This document shows positions 24,258 to 36,381 of a stretch of DNA of 64,000 nt, piece after piece (position 1 is the first letter of the stretch; the number at the start of each line of letters is the position of its first letter). Below the pieces are notes generated by a model. That model did not search any database and was not told the origin of the DNA. It saw nothing but the letters and a program-made list of their open reading frames with translations. The position numbers and the translations under genes were made by a program. The DNA comes from Protoeuglena noctilucae (Eukaryota), in NCBI GenBank assembly GCA_958009085.1, contig OY253677.1, positions 496,001 to 560,000 on the forward strand, read 5' to 3'.

Positions 24258-27200
24258 CTAGCCCCTGCCACCCCGCCCGCCCCTGCCGCCCCTGCCACCC
24301 CGCCCACGGAACCCACCCCTGCCCCGGTCGCCACCCCGGCCGCCCCTCCCCCACCCCCCCGTCCTCCCTGGCGAGTACCCTCCCCTCCCTGCGGAGCCAG
24401 AAAACAGCAGGGATTCAACCGCACCACGCACGCCACGCCATAACAACAATTCCAGCTGCGCTGCCAAAATGCCCCCACCTCCGAATCGGCCCCCGCCCCC
24501 GCCCCCTCCGTACCCTCCCCCGGCGTCCTCTCGCGGTTTGAGCTCCGGCAGGCTGTCTGGCATGAACACCGGCGCCTCGCTGCCCTCCTTGGCATCTTTG
24601 CAAATCATCGACACATAGTCCCCTGCTCGGTCGACCGGCACGTCAAACACCGCACCCTTGGCGTCCGCGGTGATCGTCATCCGCTTGATCTGCGAGGAGC
24701 GGAGGGGGCGGTGCAATGGTAAACCCCTCTGCGCCGCAGCGGCATCTTAGGTCCCTGTCACAGCACGAACCACCAAGCCCTCGCCAGCGTCGCCCCACCT
24801 CGTTCATCATCTCCTCCGGGAGGCGCGTGCGCAGGAACCCGAACACCTGCCCCGGGCGCTCGACCTCCCAGGGCGACCGGTACTGCAGGGTGGCAAAGTC
24901 GTCGGACGCCGTCAACAGCGACCGCCGACGCAGGCCCGAGGTGTGCCCGGTGATCTTCGCGAGCGCCAGCGCCAGGATGTCCGCGTCGTCCAGCTTTGAA
25001 TCGCGGGACTTGAGGTCGTAGAGGAGTCGCTCGGCGGACGGGCGGAAGTGGGGCACCACGGCACGGGCCACCTCCTCAATCGCATCCACCGCGCGCTGCA
25101 GTAAGAGACGCACGGGTTGGTGAAAGGGACGTTGGAATGACTTGCGCTAAGGCGTGGAATCGAGGTACAGCACTTGGCACATTGGCCGTGCCATCCTGCC
25201 AGCTAACGCTGCCGACCCCGTCACCCACCTCCGCGGCGATGCGCGCCATCTCCGCCGGCTGCGGCGCCCCCACGCGCTCGAACTTGACCCCCGCGCGCTT
25301 CTCAATGTACGGCACGGCGTCCTCGCGGCTGCGCGTCACCAGCATGATGGACACCCCCGTGGCGCCCGCGCGACCTGCGCGGAACACGCATTTACTCCCA
25401 AATATCATAACCGGATCATCGCCATGTCTCTCCGATCCACACCGGCACAGCTAAGTCCCAAGCTGGCTCGCGCAGACCGCCAAAAGTCGTCACCCGTGCG
25501 CCCACTGCGGTGGATGTACGTCTCGTGGTCCTTGGGCGGACTCGTCTGTATCACCAACTCCACGCCGCTGATGTCCAGCCCCCGCGCCGCGACGTCCGTT
25601 GCCACCAGCACCGCGAACTTGCCCTCCTTGAACGCACGCAGCGACGCCTCACGGGCCTCCTGCTTGATGTCCCCGTGCAGCGCACGCGCCCCGATGACCT
25701 CGGAGATCTGACCCGCCAGCTCGTTGCACTCGTTCTTGGTCTCTGCAAGGGCCGCAAGTGAGGCTTTGTTAGCGCTGCGATGGGCGCATACCCAAGCGCG
25801 TTGCTGCTGGGGCCGAGCCAGCTGCGCCGCGTACCCGTGAACACGATGGAGCGACCGGAGCAGCCGTACGATCGGACGAGGTCGACCACCAGGTTGGCCG
25901 CGTCGGACCTGCACACAGGGTTCACACTCACCAGGTTCGAACCTGCCACGCGTCAATGGTGCAGTGCGCTATGACAAAGAGACCAGGTCACATGTCCCAT
26001 GGCAACAAGCGCCTGGTCAGCACGACAGCCTAATCATCCCCAGCAAGCGCACCCTGCGCCTCACCTGAGGCAAGGGAGCACGAGGTGTTGCACGGCGGTG
26101 GACGCCTTCATTCGGTCGGTGCCCACCATGTCCACCGTGTGGTGTCCCTCTTTCAGGTACTTGTTCGCGATGCCCTTGACCCAGGGCGGCAGGGTGGCCG
26201 AGAACAGCAGCGTCTGCACGCGGCTGGGGTCGGGGATCGCACCGATGATCTTCTCCACGTCCTCCGCGAATCCCATGTTGAGCATCTCGTCGCACTCGTC
26301 CAAGACACGGAACTTGATGTTATCCATACGCAAAGTGCCCTTTTCCAGGAAGTCCTTCACGCGGCCGGGCGTGCCCACCACCACGTCCACCCCACGACTG
26401 CGGACGGTGGAAGGTACAGTGAGCCGGGGTGCCCTAACCGTGACCCTAGCCAATAGGTGGTGCCAGCGTGGCCCAGGGTGCGCATGACATCTCAGCAGGT
26501 CAGGTGTTTGTTGACTGACACATGCACACCAGGCCCTTGCTTCCTCACCGCAATGCCGACTCTTGGGGACCGTACGCGGACCCTCCGTACACGCACACGG
26601 TCGTCAGCCCGGCCGCCTTGCCCATGTACTGGAAGTCCTCGTGCACCTGCTTGGCCAGCTCCCTCGTGGGCGCCAGCACTGCGACACACAGCGACGTTGC
26701 CCGTGTCAGCCTCACCCCTGCCACGTCAGGTCTGACGGCGGTGCGCCAGGGGCATGCCTCACCCACTGCCATGGGCCCGCGGCCCGCTGCCCTCCGCCCG
26801 GACGTAGGGACGGACGACATGCACGACTGGACGATGGGCAGCGTGAACGCGAGGGTCTTGCCGCAGCCCGTCCGCGCCCTGCCCACCAGGTCGTTGCCGC
26901 CCAGCACCGGACGCAGCGTCTCGGCCTGGATAGGGAACAGCGCCTTGATACCTGCGATGCGGGAATACGGAAACAAACCGTTCAGCTGAACGCTGCCAGC
27001 CATACGCACGCAACACGGCATGCAGACGCGCAGGCTCGCCTTTCTCGCGCAGGAGGTCCTTGATTTCAGCGTCCAGAGGGAAGTTGTCCAGAGCCATGGG
27101 ATCCTCGGGGGCCTCGGCAACGCCGTTGGCGGCCTCATCTGCGGCGGCGACGCGTCCCGGGCATGACAAAGCAGGCCAGGCTGCAAGCGCGCCACGACGC

Positions 27201-27460
27201 ACGCACCTCCGCTCACCCTCGGCCTCCTCGCCCTTCTTCGACTTCTTCTTCTTGTCCTTCTTCTTATCCGCCTTTTCCTCCTCCGCTCCGGCGTCCCGCT
27301 CCCGCTTCCGCTTCTCTTTCTTGGCCGGCGCCTCGGTCGCCTTTTCTTCTGCGACCTCCTCCGCCCGCTTGCGCTTGCTCTCCTTGGAGGACTTCTTCTC
27401 CTTGACCTCAGCAACCACCCCGTTCTCCTTCCCGCCCTCCTTTCGCTTCTTGTCGCCCAT
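24258..27460 (-). CDS. DDX21: DEAD-box RNA helicase DDX21/RH7 (GUCT domain, RGG tail)
   Basis: [60 protein letters not shown]; Lys-rich N-terminus; GUCT-like RRSLL..GAVFDVP; RGG repeats. Confidence 0.93.
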
Positions 27461-27953
27461 CGCGCCTCCCCGAGACGACCGTCGCAGCCGCCGGCAACTG
27501 CAAGGACTACTCGAGCGCCCGCCGAGAAAGCAGCCGTTGCGTGGCGCGCAAGCGACCAAGCAAGGTATCCAGCACGACTCTGCGGCCTCAGCTGTCCGCT
27601 GCGGCAAGCAAGGGCGGAGGCAAAAAGTGACTTTAGGGCTTGCGAGTTTCCGTGTCCTGCGAGGGTCGATAACTACAACTGCGGTGTCCTCGGAGCACAG
27701 ATGAACTATATCTACGGCACGGCGTGCATATTCGCTGAAAACAAGGCGCAGGGAAGCAAAGCCGACTGTCAGAAGGGTTCCCCCGCCGAGGGCGCGCCCA
27801 AGGAGGGGTCGCCGCCGTCCATCGCTTGGCAGTTGGCTCGTTCGTGCCAGTGCATTTGTCGTGGAAGGGCGGTCGTCCGCGTGTCTGCTTACTTAGACTT
27901 CCAGCCCAAGGCGCGCTCGACTTAAACGCCCGGACGAACCCCGAGGCGCCGCG

Positions 27954-30832
27954 ATGAGCGGGTCCTTGACCTACTGCTGCCCGCCTCGCGGGGGGCACAC
28001 ATGCTCCCGGGCAGGGCCGCGCACGCCAAGCCGCCACACGTCATCCAATGTCCCAGCCCGGATGGGGCCCCGGATGGAGCGGAGGGCGCGCGCCCAGGTG
28101 ACATTCTTCACGCTGTCATCGAGGCGCTTCTCGCCGTGGCCCATAGCCGCATGCCCACGTCTTGCCAGCCGCGTTTTTATGCCAAAGCAACGTGGCTCAG
28201 TGCACCGGCCTACGCGCTCCCTTTCGCGTGCTTTGCCGCGCATGTCATCAGAGAGAGTCTAACCCAAAGCACGGTGGCCGGCCTGCAGGCGGCCGAGAGC
28301 GTCGCGATGCCTGCTCCGCCCGCGGTGGACGACCACGACCACGCCAGCCCGGGGAGGAGCGGAGCGGATGAGGGGGACGCGAACTTTTGCGGGCAGGAGG
28401 GCGCAGTGTTTAAGCGGGCGCCGATCCAATCGGGCAAGGCGAGAGGACGCTAGCGTGCACATCGCCCGTCCTCCCTCTTTGCGCTCCCCCGTTCAAACGT
28501 TCGTTTGCCGCCACGTGGCCGCAGGGCAAGTACCACATCCACACGTTCGGATGCCAGATGAACCTGGCGGACTCGGAGCGCATGGCCGGGGTGCTCGAGA
28601 CCCTCGGCTACTCGTGCACAGGTGCGTGCTGTGCTTTGCTGAGACGCCCACAACACGATTCGCAGGCGCAGCTGGGGACGCAGCTTGTTAGCCCTGTCAG
28701 TGATGGCTTGTTACTAACAAGTTGTCTATTATTGCTTGTTACGATTGCTTGTTAATAACAATATTGCTTGTTACTGCTTTCTATGCGCAGAGGACGCTTC
28801 GGAGGCGGACGTGATGGTGATGAACACGTGCTCGATCCGCGAGAAGGCAGAGCTCAAGGTCTACTCGGCGCTGGGGGAGCAAGTCAAGCGGAAGAGGGCC
28901 AACATGGGAGGGCTCAAGATCGTAGGTGAGTGCTTGCTGTAGATACCGGGTGTTGCCGGGTGCTGTGCAAGAGGCGGGCGTGCTGTGCTTGTATGTCTTT
29001 CTCGGAGTAGCACACTTGACTCACAGCGTGCTCGCCCGCTTATGACGTCGCAGTGGCGGGGTGCGTGGCGCAGCAGGAGGGGGAGGCCCTGCTCCGTCGC
29101 GTGCCGGAGGTGGACGTGGTGATGGGTCCTCAGTTCGCCAATCGCATCGGAGAGCTGCTGGAGAGGGTAGACCAGGGGAGTCAGGTGGTGGCGACGGAGC
29201 AGGTACCTGTAGAGGAAGACATCACGGTGCCCCGGCGCGGGTCGGACATCACGGCCTGGGTGAACGTCATTTACGGGTGCAACGAGAAGTGCAGCTACTG
29301 CGTCGTGCCCTACACGCGGGGGCTCGAGCAGAGCCGCCGGCCGGAAGACATCAGGCGAGCGGCAGGGTGGCGAAGGGCGCGGTGTTGGGGGCCGCAGCAG
29401 GCGACGCTGGGTGGCTGTCGGTGCGCGGCGTGTGCTGACGATGCCTTCGGGTCTTTGCAGGCGCGAGATGCTGGCGCTGGGGGAGGCGGGGTACAAGGAG
29501 GTCACGCTGCTGGGCCAGAACGTCGATGCGTTTGGGAGGGACCTGCCAGGTGAGCCGGCGCCGTGCGTCCCGGTCAGCCCATGCATGGCGTGGTGCTTTA
29601 TAAATCGTCATCCCTCTCATCCAGAGCTTTAGAGCTGGCCTCGTGAGCCCCTACATATCCTCGCCTGTTTGCAAATCGCCTGTCGTACATGACCTGACCA
29701 GTCACCACACACCCTGCACACACACCTACCTGCAGGCATGGCGGAGGACGGCTCCGGCCGCCGCCGCAACACCTTCACGGATCTCCTCGACTTCGTCCAC
29801 GACGTCCCAGGCATCCAGCGCATCCGATTTGCGACGTCCCACCCCCGCTACTTCACCGAACGGCTCATCAAGAAGTGCGCGGAGCTCCCCAAGCTCTGCG
29901 AGTTCTTCCACATCCCCGTGCAAAGCGGGGACAACGACATCCTGCGCGAGATGCTGCGGGGGTACACCCACGAGCGGTGAGCCATGCACGTGCGGCGGGG
30001 CATGCACCCCCCACGCTGTAACGAGGGTTTGTCGGGTTGTGATTGTGACGCACGCCTGTGCTCCCTGCGCCCTGATTGTGTTGATACCGAAGGACCGTCA
30101 GGCTGTGACGCACCTGTCCGCCCACTGCGCCCCAGGTACCGCCGAATCATCGACAGCATCCGCCGCCACATGCCGGACGCATCCGTGTCGACCGACATCA
30201 TCGTGGGCTTCCCGGGAGAGACCGAGGAGCAGTTTGAACGCACGGTGGCGCTCATACGCGAAGTGGGATTCGACCGTGTCAACACGGCCGCCTACAGCCC
30301 CCGGCCCAACACGCCCGCGGCTACGTGGGACAACCAGGTGGCGGATCTGATCAAGGCGGACCGCCTCAACCGGCTCAACCAGGTCGTCAACGAGGTGCGG
30401 GGGCGAAGGCCGAACGCACTTGCGCTTGCTATCGCTGGCGTGGTGGCGTGGGAAGAGGGTTACTACTCAAGTGCGCGTGATGCGAAGATCGGTGACTTCT
30501 GCACTCGCAGGTGGCTACGGAGCGGTCGCAGCGGTTCCTGGGTGCGACGGTGGAGGTGCTGGTGGAGGGGCCCAACCCCAAGCACGCCGGGCAGATGATG
30601 GGGCGCAGCAGGCACAACAAGCTCGTGTTCTTCGAGGGAGAGCCCAGCCTCAGGTGCCCATTGCTGTGGTCGAGTCGTGAAAGGGACTCTGCTGTCGATT
30701 GCGTGAGGTGCGGTGTCTCCAAAGCACGTTTGCTCTCGTGTTTGTGCCTGCAGGGGGGAGCTGGTCCACGTGCGCGTCGACCGGTGCAACGCCTACTCCC
30801 TGTTCGGGTCCTTGGTGGCCCCGGCGCAGTAG
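27954..30832 (+). CDS. miaB: tRNA-2-methylthio-N6-dimethylallyladenosine synthase (radical SAM + TRAM), probably plastid-targeted
   Basis: [44 protein letters not shown] (CxxxCxxC), [32 protein letters not shown] and a TRAM end. Eight or nine introns. Confidence 0.95.
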
Positions 30833-32167
30833 GGGCGAGCCTGGGGGCTTCGCTGGCAAGGGGGGGGACTGCATGGCGCCAAGAAGCTCTGGAGCGCGGG
30901 GAGCTTGGCCCCAGGCTAGATGGGAGTTCATAGCAGCGGCTGCTCACTACACACAAGCATACAGACACACAGATGCATCAGAGATGTCATGGGGCGCCTG
31001 ACACGCGTGCAGGCGTGGGTGTGTGAAGACGCATCAGCCTTCTGCTTGGGCTCAACACCGGCCCGCCCATCTCCTTGCGACACTCTCTTTGTCTGATGCT
31101 CCGTCCGCCCTTTTTAGTGCGCGGTTCGTCTCGCCGCCTGTCTGGTAGCCGGAAGTCAGAAGCTGTTGGGGCTCGTGGCGGCGAATCACGATTCTCTTGT
31201 GAACAAGGAACTCGTGAGGTGCTCCGAACGCGTCTCGGAGCGACCGTGGGGTGAGAGATGTGACCCCGGCGAATCTGATGCACGCGCTGACTCCGCTATG
31301 GACGATTTCTTGCCACATCTTTCGTATTTCGACGGCAGCGTAGCCGCTGTCGCGTGGGGGGGGCTCAACGGCGCGAGTTCGCGTCCGGGCTTGTTGTGGG
31401 CGCCCGGGCTTCGTCGGCGCGGCCCCCTGCCCTGCCCTCCGCGCTTTTCTCGTGACGTTATGACGCCACGATGCGCATGCGATCTTTGCTTTCCCGAGGA
31501 GGTCCCGCCCGAGGGCTGCCTGGCCCAGGCCGAGATTTTCCCCACGGCGTCGCCCCGGCGCGCCTGGGCCCCCAAGCGTGGCCCCCTCCCGACCGCGCGG
31601 TCCCGATACCGGCCTGAAGCCCGTTGGCGGGCTCGCTGGTCGCGCGGCCGGCCCGTCGGAGCGCACGGGCAGGCAGGAGGCCGTTGGTGCCGCGGGAGCC
31701 CTAACGGCGCGCCCGCGCGTCTTGCCGCCCTTTCCGCCGCATCCATGGGCGCCGACACGAATGATAATCGCTCAGGGCCCCGCGCATGGGCCAGATACGG
31801 CGCGCACGGGGCCCTCGCGGGCGGTTTGAGGACCACACGTGCAAGGCCCCGGCCGTCGCGCGGCTACGGTGACTATATTTTTGTTTTTCCCGCAGTAACC
31901 GGACGTATTTCAATCAAAGAGCATCGTAAAGTCCTTTCCGGGGCATGGGACCCGCCACGATGGCCCCGGGACGCAGCACCCCCGTAGGGCAGGGCGGGGG
32001 TCTAACCGTGAAGCCCGGGAGCCGCGGTTTGGACCCTCCGGCGCTGCGCTCCATGTCTGTGGCGGCGACGTCGGGCTCGGGCCCCGAGTCGCGGGTGGGC
32101 GAGACCCGGAGCGTGCGCTACGTGGTGGCTTCAGAGCGGGGTGCGGCGGAGGGGGGGGCGACTGACC

Positions 32168-35146
32168 ATGACGCCTCTACAAGGGCGCCGTATGCAAGGA
32201 AGCCAGGGAAGCGAGGTGAGTCGAGTCAGGCGCATGCAGAGCGCGGCGTGGGGGCTGGGCGGGGCAGGGTGAACTGCGTAGTGAGGCGTGCGTAAATGTC
32301 GGTGCGTTGTTCACGCAGCCGCGGGGCCGGTGCTGGCGGCGAGGCTGCCGCCCTGGTCCGGGGACGGCGTTGGGGTGGAGAACGAGGTCGACGACCAGGA
32401 CGCCGATTTTGAGGATCCAAAGCCACTCGGCGACGCGGACGAGGAGCGGTGAGTAGCAGCATGAGAGCAAGGGGTACGTGTATATATGTGCTGTGGTATC
32501 TACCCTCTGGTAGGTCTGTGGCAGGCAGCGGTGGGTGGGTAAGTGGGCGTGGCAGGCAGGCTCAGTATCAGTATCTAGCTCACACACTTACCAACGCGCC
32601 AGCCGGCTTGACCCATGCTCGCCACCCACGTGACCTCCCCACGTGCACCCTTGCTCATCGCTTCCCGCAGCACCAAGCGCAAGCGTCTGACGTGGACCCC
32701 TGAGCTCCACCAGCGTTTCCTGGACGCCATTCGGCAGCTGGGGCTGCACCGTGCGGTGCCCAAGGCCATTTTGCGCATCATGGACGTGCCGGGCATGACG
32801 AGGGAGAATGGTGAGTGGAGTTGTGTTGCATGAATGGGGACAGTGGTGTTTGGCATTGTGTGTGGCATGATGACCTGACCAGGGAGAACGGTGAGTGGCA
32901 TGGGATGGCATGAATGGGGAGGGTGGGGTGTGTGGGGTGTGACGTGACGCAGCTGTGCCACCGCTGCCGTCGCATGCGAGTGGTGGCAGGTATGTCTACC
33001 ATCTGCGAGTACCAACCCGGGCATTGAGTGACATCATTTCATGTTCTCGTCACCCCTGCAGTGGCCAGTCACCTTCAGAAGTACCGCGCATGGCTGAAGA
33101 AGGCACACACGGGGGGAGGGGCGGGGGGGCCCACGCGCGACGTGGCCGTGCAGGACAGCCCCACGGTGAGAGGACGCGATGGATGCAATTGCATGCGGGT
33201 TTAGTTTACTTTACTGCCATGCTCAGTTCTTGCCATGTATGAGCCGGCTCGGCTGCCACTGCCACGCCGGCTTGGCTGCCACCGCTTTCGCCACCGCCCA
33301 CGATGCCCAGTCAACAGACACCCACTCCACGCCGCGTGTTATAAACAACAATCTCCTCCCTCTCTTCCCACCGCAGAGTCCCGCGGAGGCGGGCGCGAAC
33401 CCTGACCACCCCCCGGCCCCCGACGGCCGTGTCGATGCGTGGGGTGGGTCGGTGCCCCAGGCGCTGCTGAGAGGCATCGACGGCAGCCACGGCGACCGCT
33501 TAGGCTTCCCTTTTGTCTTCCCGGCGGGGACGCAGTCCGGAAAGGCCGGGAGCGCCGCTGGGCGTGCCAGCCGGTGGGCCCGGGGGGTCGCCGGGCGTGG
33601 CGTGAACGCACGCAACGGGGGAAAGCGGCAGGGGAGCAGCGCTGCGGGTGGCGGCATCGGCAACGCTCCGAACCTCTTAAGCGTCAATGCGCCGCCTCTG
33701 TGGGTCGGGGAGGGCGCGGGGGGGCGGAGCGCGGCGTCGTTGCTGCCGTTCTCGTCGACCGGCCTCAACGCCGTTCTGCCAGGCACTGCGTCGCTGCCCC
33801 CGCTGTGGGTGCTGCCCCCCAAGGCGCCGGGAGCGGGGGGAGGGGAACAGGGCGGCGCGGGCAGGGGTGCGCTGCCACCGGCGGGCACGCATCTGGAGGG
33901 GTGGCCGGGGGCGGGGGCGTGGGCGGCAGCGGAGGGGGCGGGGGTGGTCGCCGGGCACTGGGGCGACTCCCGGCTGCCATCCCAGGGGCTTCAGTGGCCT
34001 GACGCTGTGGTGTCTGCGCCTGGGGCAGTTGGGCAGGGCAAGAGTGGGACGCTGTTGGATCTGTGGGAAGCTGCACAGCGAGAGGAAGCGGGTGCGGGTG
34101 CGGGTGTGCATAGGGTGGGGGTGTCTGCGGGGGGTGGGGGTGAGGTGGAGCGGAGAGGGGAGGGTTATGAGTGGGATGCGGAGAGTGAGGGGAGGGGGGA
34201 GTCTCCGGGCAGGGATGCCTGGCCTCAGGGCCCGGGGGAGGGCGATGGGAAGGAACACGCGAGGGGGCACAACCATGCATGGCGGCAGGGGTTGGTAGAT
34301 GACGATGCTAAGAGACCGGGGGTAGGGCACGGTTCATGGCGGCAAGGAGTGGTGATGGTTGATGATGATGGGAAGGGGTTGGTGAGGGATGCTGTGGGTG
34401 TGCAGGGAGGGGTGGTGCTGCCGGTGGGGAGCGCCTGGGTGCCGTCTCGTGGGGTTCTCAACTCCTGGAGTCCCCTGTGGCGCGAGCCTGGGGTCACTGG
34501 TGGGGTTACAAGTGGGGTTATGACTGGGGTAGCGACTGGGGTTACAAGTGGAGTGACTGGGATGGCTAACGGGGTGACTGGTGGGGTGGTGACTGGGGTA
34601 GCGAATGGGGTGACGGCTGGGGTGGCAACGGCTGCGGTGCCCCCCCATCGGCCTCTGCTGGCCGCGTCGCAGTCGATCGGTGCGTCGTTGGATGCGCTGG
34701 CCGTGCAGGACGAGCCGGGGAGGCGAGGGTCCATGGATGACGGCCCGGGGGGGGGGGGGGATCTTATGGTAGCGGCAGAGATGGGTGCGACGGAGGGCGA
34801 GCGGGGTAGCAGTGGGGGTGCCGCTGGGCAGGGAGGGTCGCCGGCGCGGCACGCAGCGGGGGACGGGAGGGGAGGGGCGCGGGAGGTGGCCTTAGCCGCG
34901 TCATGCACCGACGGCCCCACCACCGCTCGCCTACCGGAGTGCGCGGGTGCCGGTGCCAAGCCGGGGTCGTCCACTGCTCTCCAAAACGCCAGGCGCGGGG
35001 CGCTCGTGGCTCCCCGGGCCGTGCGGCTGCAGCCCGCATCTCCCGGCAGGGGCTGGCAGCTGCCGGGGCAGGAAGCAAACGTTCCCAGGTTTCGCCCTTT
35101 CGCCAGCGTCCCTGCCCGGAGCCCCGGCAGCGCCGCCCTCGGCCGG
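32168..35146 (+). CDS. GARP (Myb-like SHLQKY) transcription factor, LUX/ARR-B type DNA-binding motif without a receiver domain; truncated by the gap
   Basis: Spliced KRKRLTWTPELHQRFLDAIRQLGLHRAVPKAILRIMDVPGMTRENV|ASHLQKYR, followed by a long low-complexity exon still open at the gap. Confidence 0.88.
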
Positions 35147-35346
35147 NNNNNNNNNNNNNNNNNNNNNNNNNNNNNNNNNNNNNNNNNNNNNNNNNNNNNN
35201 NNNNNNNNNNNNNNNNNNNNNNNNNNNNNNNNNNNNNNNNNNNNNNNNNNNNNNNNNNNNNNNNNNNNNNNNNNNNNNNNNNNNNNNNNNNNNNNNNNNN
35301 NNNNNNNNNNNNNNNNNNNNNNNNNNNNNNNNNNNNNNNNNNNNNN
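35147..35346. other. Assembly gap or scaffold spacer (200 N)
   Basis: A run of exactly 200 N. Confidence 0.98.
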
Positions 35347-35567
35347 ACCCTAACCCTAACCCTAACCCTAACCCTAACCCTAACCCTAACCCTAACCCTA
35401 ACCCTAACCCTAACCCTAACCCTAACCCTAACCCTAACCCTAACCCTAACCCTAACCCTAACCCTAACCCTAACCCTAAACTAACCTAACCCTAACCCTA
35501 CCCTACCTACCTAACCCTACCCTGACCCTACCCTAAACCTAACCCTAACCTAACCTGCCCTAACCCT
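35347..35567 (+). repeat. Telomeric array (CCCTAA)n, i.e. TTAGGG-type, degenerating inward
   Basis: About 22 perfect CCCTAA units to about 35478, then variant units (CCCTA, CCTAA, CCCTGA). Confidence 0.97.
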
Positions 35568-36381
35568 CGGCCGGACTTGACGATTCACCCGCTTGTAAGT
35601 CTAATAACTCATGATGGTCATGATGGTTGGATGATGGCTGCTTGCGCGTTGCTTGCGTAGTCGTTGCTTGGTGGGGCCATTTGGCCTCACCTGTTCCTTT
35701 TTCCTCCCCGTTTGTTTGGCGCCTGCAATGCAGCCCGCGCGAGTTCGAACCCTGCCAGGTCCCGTTTCCTTTAAGCGACGCGGCTTTTCGATTCCCACCC
35801 CGTTTCCGCCCCGTTTGGTGCCTCGTCTCAGCTCGGCAGCGGTGTCCTTTCACACGCCGCAGCGTGCCTTGCGCCGCTGCCTTGAAGGGTGGCTATGATG
35901 TGATGGATGATGATATGATGTGATATGATGGAAGGTGGATGGGAAGAGAGAGACATTCAAACATTCAGAAACGACAACTTGTTGCTAAGCAAGGCGGAGG
36001 GGCAGGGTTGTGTGCGTCGCGATGCCAAGTGTGGGCAAGGCATTAGCACGCCGATGGCTGTCGGTCCCTGACACCCTCCCTTGCTCACTCCTCCCCCGCT
36101 CTCACCCTTTCCCCGCTCTCACCCTTTCCCCGCTCACGCCCTCCCTCCACCATCACTGTGTCTTCTTGCTTTCCCCGCCGTCGGCGATCATTGCCGAGGC
36201 CTCTGTGACGGGCAGGCGAACCGACAATTGGTTAAAAACGTACCTCTCATTCCCCACCTCTAACCACCCCCCTCATGCCGCATCGCTTCCCACCGGCCCC
36301 CCCCTCCAGCTCCACCTGCCCCCGCTATCATCACCCCCCATCTCTATCCACCCGCCATCTCTCCTCATCTCTCAACTCCAT

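Noticed and set aside
23177..24595. 472-aa minus-strand ORF
   Set aside because: It is the antisense shadow of the coiled-coil repeat gene plus an off-frame read of the DDX21 3' end.
31052..31987. ORFs 31166-31987(+), 31052-31666(-), 31186-31836(-)
   Set aside because: They are Arg/Gly/Pro-rich with no motifs or convincing splice pattern, and are more likely the GARP upstream region.
35347..35489. ORFs ending in TLTLTL / PNPNPN
   Set aside because: They are translations of the telomeric repeat read through the N gap.
35147..35567. Chromosome fusion or interstitial telomere
   Set aside because: Only one repeat orientation is present, it sits beside an exact 200-N spacer, and the gene to the left is cut mid-exon. 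Concatenation of separate sequences is simpler.
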